A model generated the notes under the pieces. It made no database searches. It was given only the letters and a program-made list of their open reading frames with translations, and had not been told where the DNA came from. DNA of 64,000 nucleotides from Octopus vulgaris (Eukaryota): positions 94,798,001 to 94,862,000 of the forward strand of contig OX597819.1 in assembly GCA_951406725.2 (NCBI GenBank), given 5' to 3'. A program made the position numbers and the translations under genes. Below, piece after piece: positions 48,588 to 61,822 of this stretch. Position 1 is the first letter of the stretch, and each line of letters opens with the position of its first letter.

Positions 48588-49151
48588 CAATAATGTTACA
48601 TATAGACTCGTTTATATTTTTTTCAACACCTGACAGTGAATCAAAATCAGACACTAGATGTGAGTAATTTCTCAGCGATGCAATACTCCTTAACTCATTG
48701 GGATCAACATTATCCCCAACTCCAACAGTGTGGACCTCAATTTTAGCATTGTGCAAAGCTTGTGCAGCCTGGAAAGTTTTCTTCTGGAATACAGATTGTC
48801 CATCTGTAATGAGAACAACAACTCGCTTTGTGTTTTGCCTGGGGCTGCTTTTAAATCCATTACTAAGAATATCTTCAAGGACCAAATGTGTGTTTGTAGA
48901 TCCATGTAAGGGTTGAATTCCATTTAAAATTGCTAGGAGAGAGTTTTTGTCTTGGTACTGACCAAGGATTATATTATTTTTGAAGGCATCAGAAAATGTA
49001 TAGAGGCCAACTTCAACACCAGTTGGATTCAAGGTTGTAAGATGACTGACAATGTCTGAGACAAAACCAAGTTCTTTTCTGTAATCTTGATCAGTGATGC
49101 TGGTAGATGTGTCCAGAACAAAAATTACATCAGTTGGTTGTGGGTAACACA
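48588..49151 (-). CDS. Exon 2 of secreted 4xVWA protein (VWA1)
   Basis: tttccag acceptor, G|gtaagt donor, 564 nt, phase 1-1; CYPQPTDVIFVLDTSTS...GSTNT...LITDG. Confidence 0.92.
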
Positions 49152-49329
49152 CTGGAAATGTTAAAAAATATTCATAATCATCATACTGATAATCAAAGAA
49201 AAATAATCATAACTATAATCATAAGGATAATCTTCATGATCATCATGGTACTCATCATAAGCATATACTTTTCCAATTTCCCATCAATAGATTTGTGAGT
49301 GTATGTGTGTGTGTGTGTGTGTGTGTATG

Positions 49330-49740
49330 TACAAGGTGCATGCGTGTATTCATTTAAACTTTGATCCACACTAATTTTCTCATTTTTGTTTAGATATCTG
49401 AATAAAACAAAAATTTTGGAGCAGGGACAGCGTGAATTATCAGCTCTGTATAAAAATAAACCCTATTACATGTACTCCAGTTTTGGTCACTCTGCTGGCA
49501 ATATGCACCAAGGAAGAACAAAGGTCATTGATCCAATTTCTCTGCTCTGAAGGTGTGTCAGGGGCTGAAATTCATTGCAAATTTTAAGTACAATATGGGG
49601 GCAGTGCTCTATTGCATAGAAGCGTGTATGAATGGATTGAGAAGTTTAAAAATGGCCAGACAAGTGAGAAATACAAAGAGGGAGAAGGATACTGTGAAAC
49701 TTCAACATGCTCAAAAGTTGGTTTTGGTGAACTGATGAGT
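49330..49740 (+). mobile_element. Mariner 5' fragment
   Basis: ICTKEEQRSLIQFLCSEGVSGAEIH...VYEWIEKFKNG resembles a mariner N-terminal HTH. Confidence 0.6.
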
Positions 49741-50834
49741 GACCATCGATGATTTACAACAATCATGCAATGTCAAGACAAATAAACTCAAACATACTCA
49801 CATTTACTTATGCCCCCCCCCCCCACATTGTGGGATTCTTTCAGTTTCCATTCACCAAATCTACTCGTAAGGCTTTGGTCAACCTGGGGCTATAGTAGAA
49901 AATACTTTCCCAAGGTGTCACGGAGTGTGACTGAAACTGGAACCAAGTTGTTGGAAAGTAAGCTTCTTAACTGCCTAGCCATGCCTGTTATGTCAGTGTA
50001 AATTAAATCGATCATTCCATGTCCCAATACAAATGACCTACATATCTCCAATGGAAACTATATAAAATACACAAAAGATCTGGAGAAAAATGCAGTTAAC
50101 CATAAAAAGTTCCTCTGCTTTTTGAAGTTAGCTACCTTTATGATACCTCCATCTGATATCTCTACCCTATGTCTCCTCCTTTTATCACCCACACTGTATG
50201 TCTCCACCCAGGCTCCACGCTATACCCAACTCTTCCTCCTAAGAATATCAACCCTATGAAATTCCCTTCTCATCTACATCCTTTTTACAGTCATTGTCTT
50301 ACAGCAGCAGTTCAAACTGAACACAGCTGCATCAATCTGACTTTATCTCAGAAGCCCTACAGAGATCATGAATTCAGCTCTTCCTCCTGATTAACACCAT
50401 AAAAAAAAGAAGAAAACTAAAAATACAAATTACGTTTTTATATTGAAATAGAGATAACATCTGTTATTTTCTCAAACATTAAAGTCTGATTTACGTCTAA
50501 CTGTTCAGTATATGTGTAATTGATAAAAACATCTTGGGCAATTATTCCTTTTATTCATTTTATTAGCTACATAGTAAGATAAGATAGAAAAAGATAAACA
50601 AAGCAAACTTCAAAACAATAATTTGTAACATTTGCCAATTGGCAGAATCTGATTTGTGTCTTTAGACAAAATACTTTGCAGTATTTATTCTGGATCTGTG
50701 CAATCTGAATTCTAATCCTACCAAGTTCAACTTTATCTTCCATCCTTTCACAACGAGAAATAAAGAACTAATTCAGTATAGTTTGATTGGCAGAATTGTT
50801 TGAGCATTAGATGAGATGTCCTATTCTTTTATTA

Positions 50835-51227
50835 TTTTATTTGTTTCAGTCATTTGACTGCAGCCATGCTGGAGTACCGCCTTTAGTTGAGCAAATTGAC
50901 CCCAGGCCTTATTCTTTGTATGCCTAGTACTTATTCTATTGGTTTCTCTTGCCAAACCGCTAAGTGACAGGGACATAAACACATCAGCATTGGTTGTCAA
51001 ACGAAGTTGGGGGGACAAACAAGACACACAATCATATACATATATATATATATATATATATACATAACAGGCTTCATTCAGTTTCCGTCTACAAAATCCA
51101 CTCATAAGGCTTTGGCCTGCCTGAGGTTATAGTAGAAGACACTTGCCCAAGGTGCCGCGCAGTGGGAATGAACCCAGAACCATGTTGTTGGTAAGCAAGC
51201 TACTTACCACACAGCCATTCCTGTGCC
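50835..51227 (-). mobile_element. Full-length SINE of the 10620-11012 family
   Basis: Reverse-complement match over the whole length. Confidence 0.85.
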
Positions 51228-51623
51228 TATGGTAATTGTTCCATTTTTTTACATTCTGAATTTTAGAATAGGTTGACTGAAATCATCACCTGGTCTTAGA
51301 TGCCTTTGGCAGAAATTATTCTGTTGCAAGCATTTAGGCCAGGTCTCTGGTTTGAGGTTAACTAATCCCCTCCCTCCACTTCCTCCAGCAGGTCTTGAAT
51401 GTCCTGCCCAAAAAATAGGGTTCGGGTACTTTTCTTACATCCCTAACTAAGAGGTGAAAAAGGCCAGAAATCTGTGAAACAGAGGCTTATAAATTGTTCC
51501 TTGATAAATGACTGGTACTTAGGTAGGTAGGTATAATTCTTTTTCCCCATCTTCTGATCATGAAAGATCAAGTAATTGACTTTGCTGCCTAGATATTTAG
51601 TGAAAAATGTAAAAAAATGTGTG

Positions 51624-51665
<42 letters not shown>

Positions 51666-53885
51666 CTTCGGTCATGAATGATCATGAGATGGCACTTAGA
51701 AAGTTTCCCTCTGCGATACAAGTCTAAGCAGGGTTGTTTGTGGAATAACAGCAGTTACCAATGCATACCTCTCTCCCTTCTTCATGCCACAAATGTTGTC
51801 CAAGCGAGAGGCGAAGGCTGATATAGCTTGGTACTAGTGATGCCGCAACTCATTTCTACAGGTTCTGGTGAATATCCTTAACAAAGCAAAATTCATCTCA
51901 GACAGTAGCTTTTTTTCTCAGAGCCAAAAAATATTCCAGCCCCACTAACTATTATTTCTTTACAAAGCTTTTGTAGAACTTGCAATGGAATACTGCTCCT
52001 ATAAGTGTGACTGTGGCTGCTACAAAACCCTGTTATCCTAATTTGCTTCCAGAGAAAGGCCACTCACCTGATTGGTATAAAGTTACTCACAAATATATGT
52101 CAGTCTCTAACATCCAGATGTAGATTTTCTACAGGTACTGTAATGGTTATTACTTCTCAGAGCTGGATGATCTCATATCACCTCTTCCCATCACCCAACT
52201 TTAGCCCCACCAGGGCCATGCGCTAATAAATACATTGAAGACATTCTCCCAGCACTATCAAACTTTTGGTATTACCTCACTCAGAACATGTCTTTCCTGC
52301 ATAACATTAATGGCATAAATTTCACCAGTATTGTAATGACCATGAACACAACCTCTTCTTCTATACCTAAATAAGGAGGGAGAGAGGGGCTGAACCTCAC
52401 TAAGGAGATGGCAAGTAACTACAAGAAATAATGACACATTGAAATTGCATTTATTATTATTATAAAAGAATGAATTAAAACTGAATGTATGTACTTATGT
52501 TTTAATGGTTGCAATGCCTGTACAACAAAATATCTGGTTTAATCCCAACACAATCTTAGATTAAATAACCACAGGAAAATTTCAGGTAAGGAGGGAATAA
52601 TAGACAAATACTATTTGAAGGAGAAAATACTGGGTAAATTTGAGTCTCTGTGCATGGTATGGGAGTAAAATACACTAAGAATAATGAGAAATGAGTCACA
52701 GAGTGTAATGGTGGAGAAGGAGAGATGGATGAGTTGGGTGGAGAGGATATGGAGCTAGCCAATTAAGAATAACAATGTCAATTGTAATAGCAGTAGAAGA
52801 AGCTAAAGGATGAAATAGCGTATTTTTGAGGTAGTAGTTGTAGTATATTGGTGGAGGACTCCTTACCAGTCAGTTGAATGAGTTTCTTTGTGATTCAGTC
52901 AAGGATATTGATGTGTGTAATAGTATGAGTGTGATAACAAGGGTTCTCAGCCCCTGATGGCAAAATCCCGTTTTGTTCCTTCCACCATAATTAATGTGTC
53001 TGATAGGCCAAATGGAATTTTGTGCCCCTTTATACCTGTACTCAAGGGAAACTGCCTCCTATCAACCTCCTCTTGGTATGACTCTGAATAGTACCTCGAG
53101 TGTTGGCAACAGATTGGCAGAGTTGTGAGTAAACTACTTTAGGTTCTGTGGTCATGAGCATTCATTGTAGGATGGACGTGAAAGAACATGTATAGGAACA
53201 GAGTTTTTTTTTTTTTTTGCACTCATTTAACAAAATGTGTTGCTGTGAATATAGACGTGGCCAAGTGGTTAAGAAATTCACTTCTTAATTAAAACAATAT
53301 ACTGAAACTCCATCCAGCTGGATGGAGTTTAACCGTGTTTCAGAATGCCGGCTTTATATATTGTGTCAAAATGGTTTAGCTTGATAATTAAACTAAGATT
53401 AAGCATGTCTCTGGAGCACTCAGCCATTTACACATCAATTTAATGAGCAGGTGGTTCAGTTGATAAAAAATGCTGAATGAAATATTGGCAAAACTGACAG
53501 AATACCCATCATTTCTCCCACAATCAAATGCTCTGATACAAAACAAAGATTTGGTAAAGATTTAGTTGGAAAATAAGAACCACATCACAGATATTTAGTG
53601 TGTCATTGTGTTTTTTGGGATGTGAAAAGTTGGGGTTAAGAAATAATTCAGCCTCTGTCTCAGCAGCAATAGTGTAGGAGGTGCACGTGAGCTTGTAGAA
53701 ATAATATTGAAGAATGATGATTTCAGAGAAAGGAGAAGTAAAATAGATGCCTTTACTATATAAAATGAAGTCATCAAACAGTTGATAGTTATTGGTGGAG
53801 CTTGAGGAGTAGTATAGCAGTGTGTGTGTGTGCGCGTGTGTATGTGTGTGTGCGTGCGTCCATGTGTGTGTGTGTGTGTTTGTAT

Positions 53886-53929
<44 letters not shown>

Positions 53930-53991
53930 ATGCGTGTTTGTGTGTGTGTGCGTGTGTAAAACAAGATTATTAAATTTTCATATTTGCTTAC

Positions 53992-54067
53992 CTCTCCTAC
54001 CAAGTGCATTTCCAGTAAAGATGGCGAGGCATACACTTAAATAAACTGCTACAATACTGAGAGCCAT
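53992..54067 (-). CDS. First coding exon (signal peptide) of secreted 4xVWA protein
   Basis: gccacaATGG context; MALSIVAVYLSVCLAIFTGNALGRR (hydrophobic core, ALG cleavage-like site); phase-1 AG|gtaagc donor joins in frame to exon 2. Absent from the ORF track. Confidence 0.8.
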
Positions 54068-54112
54068 TGTGGCTGTTGTAGTTGCTTAGTTGAGGTGAAA
54101 AATTGTTTCTTG

Positions 54113-54121
54113 TCTATTTAT
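54113..54121 (-). promoter_or_regulatory. TATA-like CATAAATAG ~46 nt upstream of the VWA gene ATG
   Basis: Position is compatible with a very short 5' UTR; weak evidence in AT-rich DNA. Confidence 0.25.
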
Positions 54122-54199
54122 GTTTTTCAATCCGGAAACAGTTTACTTATCAACAAATTTACAAGAAAATGCTTTATCTTTTGATAAAAAGACAAACCA

Positions 54200-55110
54200 C
54201 CTTACCCTCACACACATCAGTAATGAAAGAAGACAACAAATAAATAAATCATATTGCAATGATAGATTAAGAATGTATTATCACTTATCACTCGGATTTG
54301 AGATAAGTTCAAAGCTTATAGAACTGTCCAGAATATCCACAAGAAACATTGTGGAAGATGTGGTTATCAAAAAGCCCTATAAAACAAGGAAGTGTATTAG
54401 AAATGTATTGTTAAAATTCAAGAAAATCTGTGCACTAAGTCATGAGATATAAATTTCAAAATCAAGCATCCAACACATTTTGAAACACTGTCATTGGAAA
54501 AGTACCATTTCAAGAATTGTCCATGCTCTCAGAGAAGATGGTCCAGACTGAAGAGTGGAGTTTTGTTTGGAATGATGCAGCTACATTTAAATTAAATGAT
54601 TTAATTAACTTCCACTGATGCACCTTCTGGGAACTTGGGAATCCACATATTATGGAAGAACATCAAGTTAATTTAACGGGTGTTACATTATGGTGCAGCT
54701 TATCATTTTGATGGTATTGTGGTTGATCCCATTTACTTGAACATTCTGTGACAATTGGTCATGATAAGCATTCAAGAGGACTTTAAAGAAATGGAGTTTT
54801 GCCTCCAGCAAGATGGGTCTCTCTCACACTTCCACAGTAATATAAGAGCCTACCTTGATGAGAATTTGTCAAATAAGTGGATTGGATGAAGAGATTCAGT
54901 AATACACCCTCTGCACTCACCACTAGACTTTTTTTAAGGGGATAATTATAAAATAAAGTTTACAGTACAAAACTGGCTACAGTTGAATGAGAATACCCAC
55001 GAAGACTGAGAGAAATATTTCTTGATGTTTGCAATTCCATAGCTTCACATTATCAGTGGTGCCTGGACCAGAATGGTCATCAGTTTGAAAACAGACATTC
55101 ATAAATAAAA
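54200..55110 (+). mobile_element. Decayed Tc1/mariner-superfamily element
   Basis: Traces of LREDGPD*RVEFC, FCLQQDG...H and WIG*R...P.SP motifs. Confidence 0.5.
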
Positions 55111-56486
55111 TTCAATTCAATCTTTTAAATTTTGTAAATGAAACATATTTCAATAAACACTGACTTCATAATCATTCATTGTGTTTATCCTTTTTTCTTT
55201 TTTTTTTTTGACACACTGCATTTTAAATTTATATTTGAAATATTGCTTTCTTTTTCTCAGTAATTTAATTACTTCCTTTTACTTACTATTGGGGTTGGTT
55301 ATGTTAGTACTGAGGAGTCTGTTGTTGGTAGTATTAGTGTTAGTTATGTTAATGTTGGTGATTATGTTAATTGTGGTTGTATTGGTGTTAGTAGTTGGAT
55401 TGTTTTTAGCATTCATAGCTGTATTGTTGTCATTAGTGGTGGTGGTTGACAGAGCAAACTTATGATTAAAGGTATTTCAACCATGACCATATCATCTGCA
55501 GGAAACCAAGGAGCACATTGTCCATAACATGTGCAGGTCACATTGTCCATACCATGAACAGGAAACACAGAGTCACATTGCAGCGCCCCAACGACCCCCA
55601 ACAGGTTAAGAGACTTGTCAAAATATAAATATTGAGTAGAAAACCCCTTTTGAATAGAAAGAAGTCAAAGACTGTATATGGGACTTAAACTCATAACTCT
55701 TGTAGATATGATAGACATTCTACCATTGGACAAAAGCAATCCCTCAAATTTCTTTATTCATTTTAGAAACTTTATTCTTACCAATGATAATTGTTTGTTG
55801 TTGACATTATAAGAATTTTAGAAATTTATTCTTCTATCATATTTCTTCACCTTGATATTTACATGTTATTCTTTATAGCTGTATGAGATGTACTTCAAGG
55901 ACCATTATTCCAAAACAAGAATTAATGGTAGACCATTTGTCATGCCTACAAGAAATGTAGGTTTGAGCCCAAAAGGTAACCTTTGACATTTTTTATCCTA
56001 AATCTTCCTATGATACAACCATGCCTATGCCTATAATATGCATTTTTCAGGCAACCATAATGAAACAATTCCTGTTATGTTTTTATCATATTCAGAGTAA
56101 TTCAGTGAAGAATTCAATGTACTGGCTGAAGAAGCAATCAAAGAACCATTGAGGAAATGACACAAGATTACACTGTGTAACATGATTTTCGTCCTTGAGT
56201 AGTAATTTTTATTTTCCCCTTGCTTACCCCTTTAAAGTATGAAAAATGGCTAATATTTCCTTCAAACTTTGTTTTTTGTTACATTTATTCAAACTCCAAA
56301 GAATCCCTCTCAACACATAGCTATGATGCTTCCCCACTACTTCTGCTCATCACCAGAGATGCACATATTGTCAGTCACTAAGGAACATGTTCAAGTGGTT
56401 AAAGACAAGCAAACCTGTGGCATTGAGCAGAATATTTGGTATAATGATATTTCTGCTTAAAGCAACTCGGCACTGAATCTGTCTTA

Positions 56487-56487
<1 letters not shown>

Positions 56488-56551
<64 letters not shown>
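56488..56551. repeat. (AAT)n microsatellite
   Basis: Directly visible. Confidence 0.95.
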
Positions 56552-56552
<1 letters not shown>

Positions 56553-57351
56553 CACAACCACCATCATCGTTTAACGTCCGTTTTCCATGCTGGCATGGGT
56601 TGGATGGTTTGACTGGGGACTGGCAAGCCAGGAGGCGGCACTAAGCTCCAATCTGATCTGGCAATGTTTCTACAGCTAGATGCCCTTCCTAATGCCAACC
56701 ACTCCAAGAGTGCAGTGGGTGCTTTTTACATGCAACCAGCATGGGAGCCAGTCAGGCAGCACTGGCATTGGCCACGTTTGGATGGTGCTTTTTATGTGCC
56801 ACCAGCATGAGGAGCCATGCATGAATGGTGCTTATTGCGTGTTGAAAATAGATCAGTGTCAAAACATTGATGTCCAAGTCACAAAAGCAATGTTTAAAAG
56901 GAATAGTGGTTATTTCCTTTGATTTCTAGATAGAAGAACTAAGAAATAACACTTACTGACAAAGACTAAACAAACTAAAGTAAAAATATTCTTACACAGT
57001 GTTATATATTTTCTGTTGTACAAATTAATATGTTAACACCAACTAAAAAGTGAAATTTTGGACTTGATTAGTTTTAGTTAGTTTTATTTATAAGCTTTAG
57101 TACTGTATATACAATATAAACTAACATAGCAGCTTTTATATTTCCCATTATGTAATGGAAAAGTAACCTTCAGTTAAACTATGTATTTTTTTTTTCTGAG
57201 AAAATAAAGATAACTCACATACGCATAAAACATTATCTTTCTACGTTATGATACACAATGATTTGTAAGTGTGTTTGTGAATATATATATATATATTCAT
57301 GTGCTTGCATGTCTGTGTTTGTGTAAGCTCACACACACACACACACAGACA

Positions 57352-57398
<47 letters not shown>

Positions 57399-59230
57399 GC
57401 ATATATACATACATAAATGTACATACCTACATATATGTATGTATATATGCATATATTTATATATTATTTTTATTATTATTATGTGATCAAACACCATACA
57501 TCCTTTTCCAAGTAAGTTTTATCTATATATATATATATATGCTCACACATACACATGCACACAAACATAATGCCTGCTTGTATATATATATATATGTGAG
57601 TGTGTTAAAATATATGTATGTATGTATGTACATCATTAACATCATCATTTTAACATGCATTTTTCCATGCTCACATGGGTTGGTTGCAATTCAATAAGGC
57701 AGATTATCTACACTTGGGTGCTCTACCTGTCATCACCTCTCACCTGTTTCCAAGTAATATTTTCCCATGGTCGAACATGCTTTTATGGAAGATTGGAAAT
57801 GAAGGACATCACTTGTTTCACCTGACCTCAAGACATGAAGTCAGTAACATACATACTCCCATGCACACACACACACACGACAGGTTTCTTTCAGTTTCCA
57901 TCTACTGATCTACTCAAGGCTTCGGTTGGCTTGGGGTTATAGTAAAAGACACTTGCCTAAAGTGCCAGGCAGTGTGACTGAAACTGAAACCATGTGATGG
58001 GGAAGCAAATTTCTTAATCACTTGACCATGCCTTCCAAGTTATCTAACAGCTTGAACTAAACTCAAGTAAAGATTAAGTTAATTCAGCAAGGGCCATAAT
58101 AGGAACAAACACAGGGAAGATGGTGTCTATTGAGATGCTATTTATCTATTTATCAACCTTTTATCTGTCTGTCTGTCTATCTGTCTATCAAGTTAGACAG
58201 GCAGACAGACAGACATACAGACAACAGTCAGACATTTTCAATAACGCTTTATATGTCATATTAGTTTCAATTTTTAGCACAAGGCCAGCAATTTTGAAGA
58301 AGGAGTCTTTCAATTACATTGCCATCAGTTTTCAATTGGTACTTATTTTATTAACCCTACTTGGATAAAAGGCAAAGTCAATCTTGGAAGAATTTGAACT
58401 CAGAATGTACAGATAGATGAAATGTCACAAAGCATTTTGCCTGGCATGCTAACAGTTCTGCCTGCTTGCTGCTCTTGTTTGTGTCATTAAGAACAACTTC
58501 CTTCAGATAATATCAAGTAACAAAATTTACTTTAAGATTAGATATTTTATAGCTGCTGATTAGAATGTGAAATTATTTCAGCAGCAGCAGTTATTATCTC
58601 TAAATATTTCCTCTTGTAAGAAGGGATGGTATACCATGTTTTATGTTTCTCACGAAGGTTATTATATGATAAAGTAAAATAATCTGCAAAGATAACTACC
58701 AAAATAATTGAGACACATTTTATGAATGCATAAGACAGGGTGTAGGAGAAACATGACTCATATTTTTTTTAATGATTTTTTTTATTAGAGATTTCCTTTT
58801 TTATTGTAATGTTGAAACAGGATAATTATACAAAATGTCCATGCTTTAAATACTCCTAGTTCATTATTATGAAGAATAGGTATCAAAATTTATGTATATG
58901 TATGTCATTGTAAATTTTCTAGTCTTGAATACACACATATATCCATATGTATATTCATGTACTATATATGTGTGTGTGTATGGTGTGGAGTGCACCCAGA
59001 CTTTTGTTGCTTCCTGGTGTGGTTTCATGTCACATTATACTCAACTAATAGGTCATTTGGGAAGCTGTTATTATTATGTCTTAGCAGAACTATGATCAAA
59101 AGTACTCCAGTCATGACTACCCTGTCTCATTATTTTCAGACATAATACCTCTAGAACTACATAATCCGAAGTGGACACTTCCTTTTATGAAGAAGGTAGC
59201 ATGTGATGTGAGGGGGATTTTGTTTGTTAA

Positions 59231-59451
59231 CCCTTTCGTTACCAACCCGGCTGAAACCAGCTCTGACTCTGTAGTACAAATATTTTGTTTCCATAAATTT
59301 TAAATTAAAATCTTCCACCAAACCTTAGTCACAATTCATGTTCCTAACACTAGCTAAATGATAACTAAGTCATTTTACTAAATTCTTTGTTATATTTAAA
59401 ATAATTGAAAGAAACACAGATCATCTCAAAATAAATACAGTAATGAAAGGG
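59231..59451. mobile_element. piggyBac-type MITE (221 bp)
   Basis: TTAA|CCCTTTCGTTAC ... GTAATGAAAGGG|TTAA: 12-bp TIR with 1 mismatch, CCC/GGG ends and a TTAA TSD. Confidence 0.8.
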
Positions 59452-60357
59452 TTAATATTTAAAAATTATTTTTGCATTTGGGCATCACTCAGATTTTGGT
59501 TCTTCTGCCAACCAACCAAATAGTTTGAAGTTACAAAACATAGGAAAAAAGTCTCACTAAATTGCAGTTATGCTCTCTGTAGGATGCATTTTCTATGCAT
59601 ATATTGTTTGATATCTGTAAGTAACGAAGAATAAACATTAGGCATTAGATGTCATGGGTTTATCACCTTCTGTATCTTCATTTTCTTGAGTTAAGTTATT
59701 TTCGCTTTTTTTTTTTACACATGAGTATAATGCTATTTCACCAAATTTTACTGTTGTTATTTTCTACTAAATTTCTTCCATTATACCTGAATAAGGTAAA
59801 TGTTTGTGGCCTGGTGGTTAGGGTGTTGCACTCACAATTGCTAGATCATGGGTTCAATTCCCAGACTGGCAGCATGGTTTGTTCTTGAGAAAAACACTTC
59901 ATTTCACATTGCTCTGCAAGTAGAAGAGTGGTGCATTAGCAGAAAATGCCTTTTGGTATATCTTCTGGCTTCCTAAGTTCTGAGTTCAAATCCCAGCTGC
60001 CTGGAGAAGGCAAAAAGAAGCCACTCCAGTATCCATCCCAAATCTAGTCATGGTAGCTGAAGTTCCTGTAATCTATTTAGTGATGACAGAGAAGCACATG
60101 GGTCCTCCCAGGTCATATAAAAAGTACTAGAGAAGGCTCACATGCACAGGACCTGCCCAAGGGCAGACCACCACTAGACTAGACTAATCATGGATAGGTA
60201 ATGAGAAGTAATGAAAACAATTGAAATTACAAAGCAAAACTCATAGATGAGTATTTCATATTGTTGACACATTAATTCATTTAACATTTATGCTTTGTTG
60301 AGGACATGTCTACAGATACTTGTTGCCTTCTTATAAGAAAGCATATAGCACCAGTGA

Positions 60358-60680
60358 ATGCGCATGGCTTAGTGGTTAGGGTTTTCAGCTCACAATTGTA
60401 AGGTTGTAAGTTCAATTCCTGGTGGCACATTGTGTCCTTGGGCAAGACACTTTATTTCATGTTGCTCCAGTCCACTCAGCTGTCAAGAATGAGTTGTACT
60501 GTATTTCAAAGAGCCAGCCTTGTCCCATTTTGTATCACGCTGTATCTTCCAAGGAACTATGTTAAGGGTATGCATGTCTGTGGAGTGCTCAGCCACTTGC
60601 ACATTAATTTCATGAGCAGGCTGTTCTATTGATCAGATCAACTGGAACCCTCATCATCATTAATCACTGAGTGCCAGTTA
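60358..60680 (+). mobile_element. tRNA-derived SINE with CORE-like domain
   Basis: TGGCTTAGTGG A-box, GTTCAATTCC B-box, TGTGTCCTTGGGCAAGACACTT. Confidence 0.7.
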
Positions 60681-60928
60681 ATTTATATAGCACCAGGAAG
60701 CATTACTCAGATTACTGAATGTCCTTCCTATTGCAGACCTAAGTAAAATGGAATGTCTATGGTTCTAGTAATGTATTATATTTAAGTGCAAACTTGGCTG
60801 TCTTGAGGCTCACTTTGCCAGCAGGTTGAGTACCACCCTGTGGTATCTTGGACAAGTATTTTCTACTATAGCCTTGAGCCAACTGATACCTTGTGAGTGA
60901 CTTTGGTAGACAGAAACTAAATGGAAGC

Positions 60929-61153
60929 GAGCTGGCAGAATCGTTAGCACGCTGGGGAAAATGCTTATCGGTATTTCGTCTGCCGCTACGTTCTGAGTTC
61001 AAATTCCACCAAGGCTGACTTTGCCTTTCATCCTTTCAGGGTCGATAAATTAAGTACCAGTTATGCACTTGGGTTGATGTAATTGACTTAATCCCTTTAT
61101 CTGTCCTTGTTTGTCCTCTCTATGTTTAGCCCCTTGTGGGCAATAAGGAAATA
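60929..61153 (+). mobile_element. SINE nested in another SINE, with a 17-bp TSD
   Basis: Flanked by AGAAACTAAATGGAAGC (60912-60928) and AGAAACTGAATGGAAGC (61154-61170). Confidence 0.85.
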
Positions 61154-61822
61154 AGAAACTGAATGGAAGCTTGTGTGTGTGTGTGTGTGTTTGTATTTGC
61201 ATGTGCCCCCTCTACCACTTAATGATCATTGTTTTGCTTGATTTATGGCTCAGTGGTTAGAACATTGGGCTCACAATCACGAGGTAGTGAGTTTGATTCC
61301 CAGACTGGGCTGTGTGTGTTGTGTTCTTGAGCAATGTTGCTCCAGTTCACTCAGCTGTTGAAATGAGTTGCAATGTCACTAATACCAAGGTGTATCAGCC
61401 TTTGCCTTTCCCTTGGATAACATTGATGGCTTGGAGAGGGGAGACTGGTATGCATGGGCGACTGCTGGTCCTCTATGAATAACCTTGCCCGGACTTGTGC
61501 CTTGGAAGGAAAATTTCTAGATGTAATCCCATATTCATTCATGACCAAAGGAGGTCTTAATCTCCATAACTTAGTGGTTCAGCAAAAGAAACTAATAGAA
61601 TAAGTGCTACACTTACAACAGTATGTACTAAGGGTGATTTGTCCAACAAAACCCTTCAAGATGATGCTCCAGCATGGCACCAATCTGATGACTAAAGCAA
61701 AAACTACAAGATAATAGGATCATTCATTAAAGAAGTTTCATGGATGGACCCATTTACTGGAATTCACACAAATATGATTGAGGACACTAGAAAAATTGCA
61801 AGCAGTCTTGAAAATTATGTGG

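Noticed and set aside
55287-55475. Thr/Asn-rich open stretch on - ending in A|gtaagt, as a possible mucin-like exon of the VWA gene
   Set aside because: It lies upstream of the signal-peptide exon, has no convincing in-frame acceptor, and resembles decayed (AAC/ACC)n low-complexity DNA. It could at most be a non-coding exon.
3918-57697. Many short ORFs rich in YI, CV, HT or poly-L/I/M
   Set aside because: They are translations of (TA)n, (CA)n, (TAA)n and (GAT)n microsatellites.
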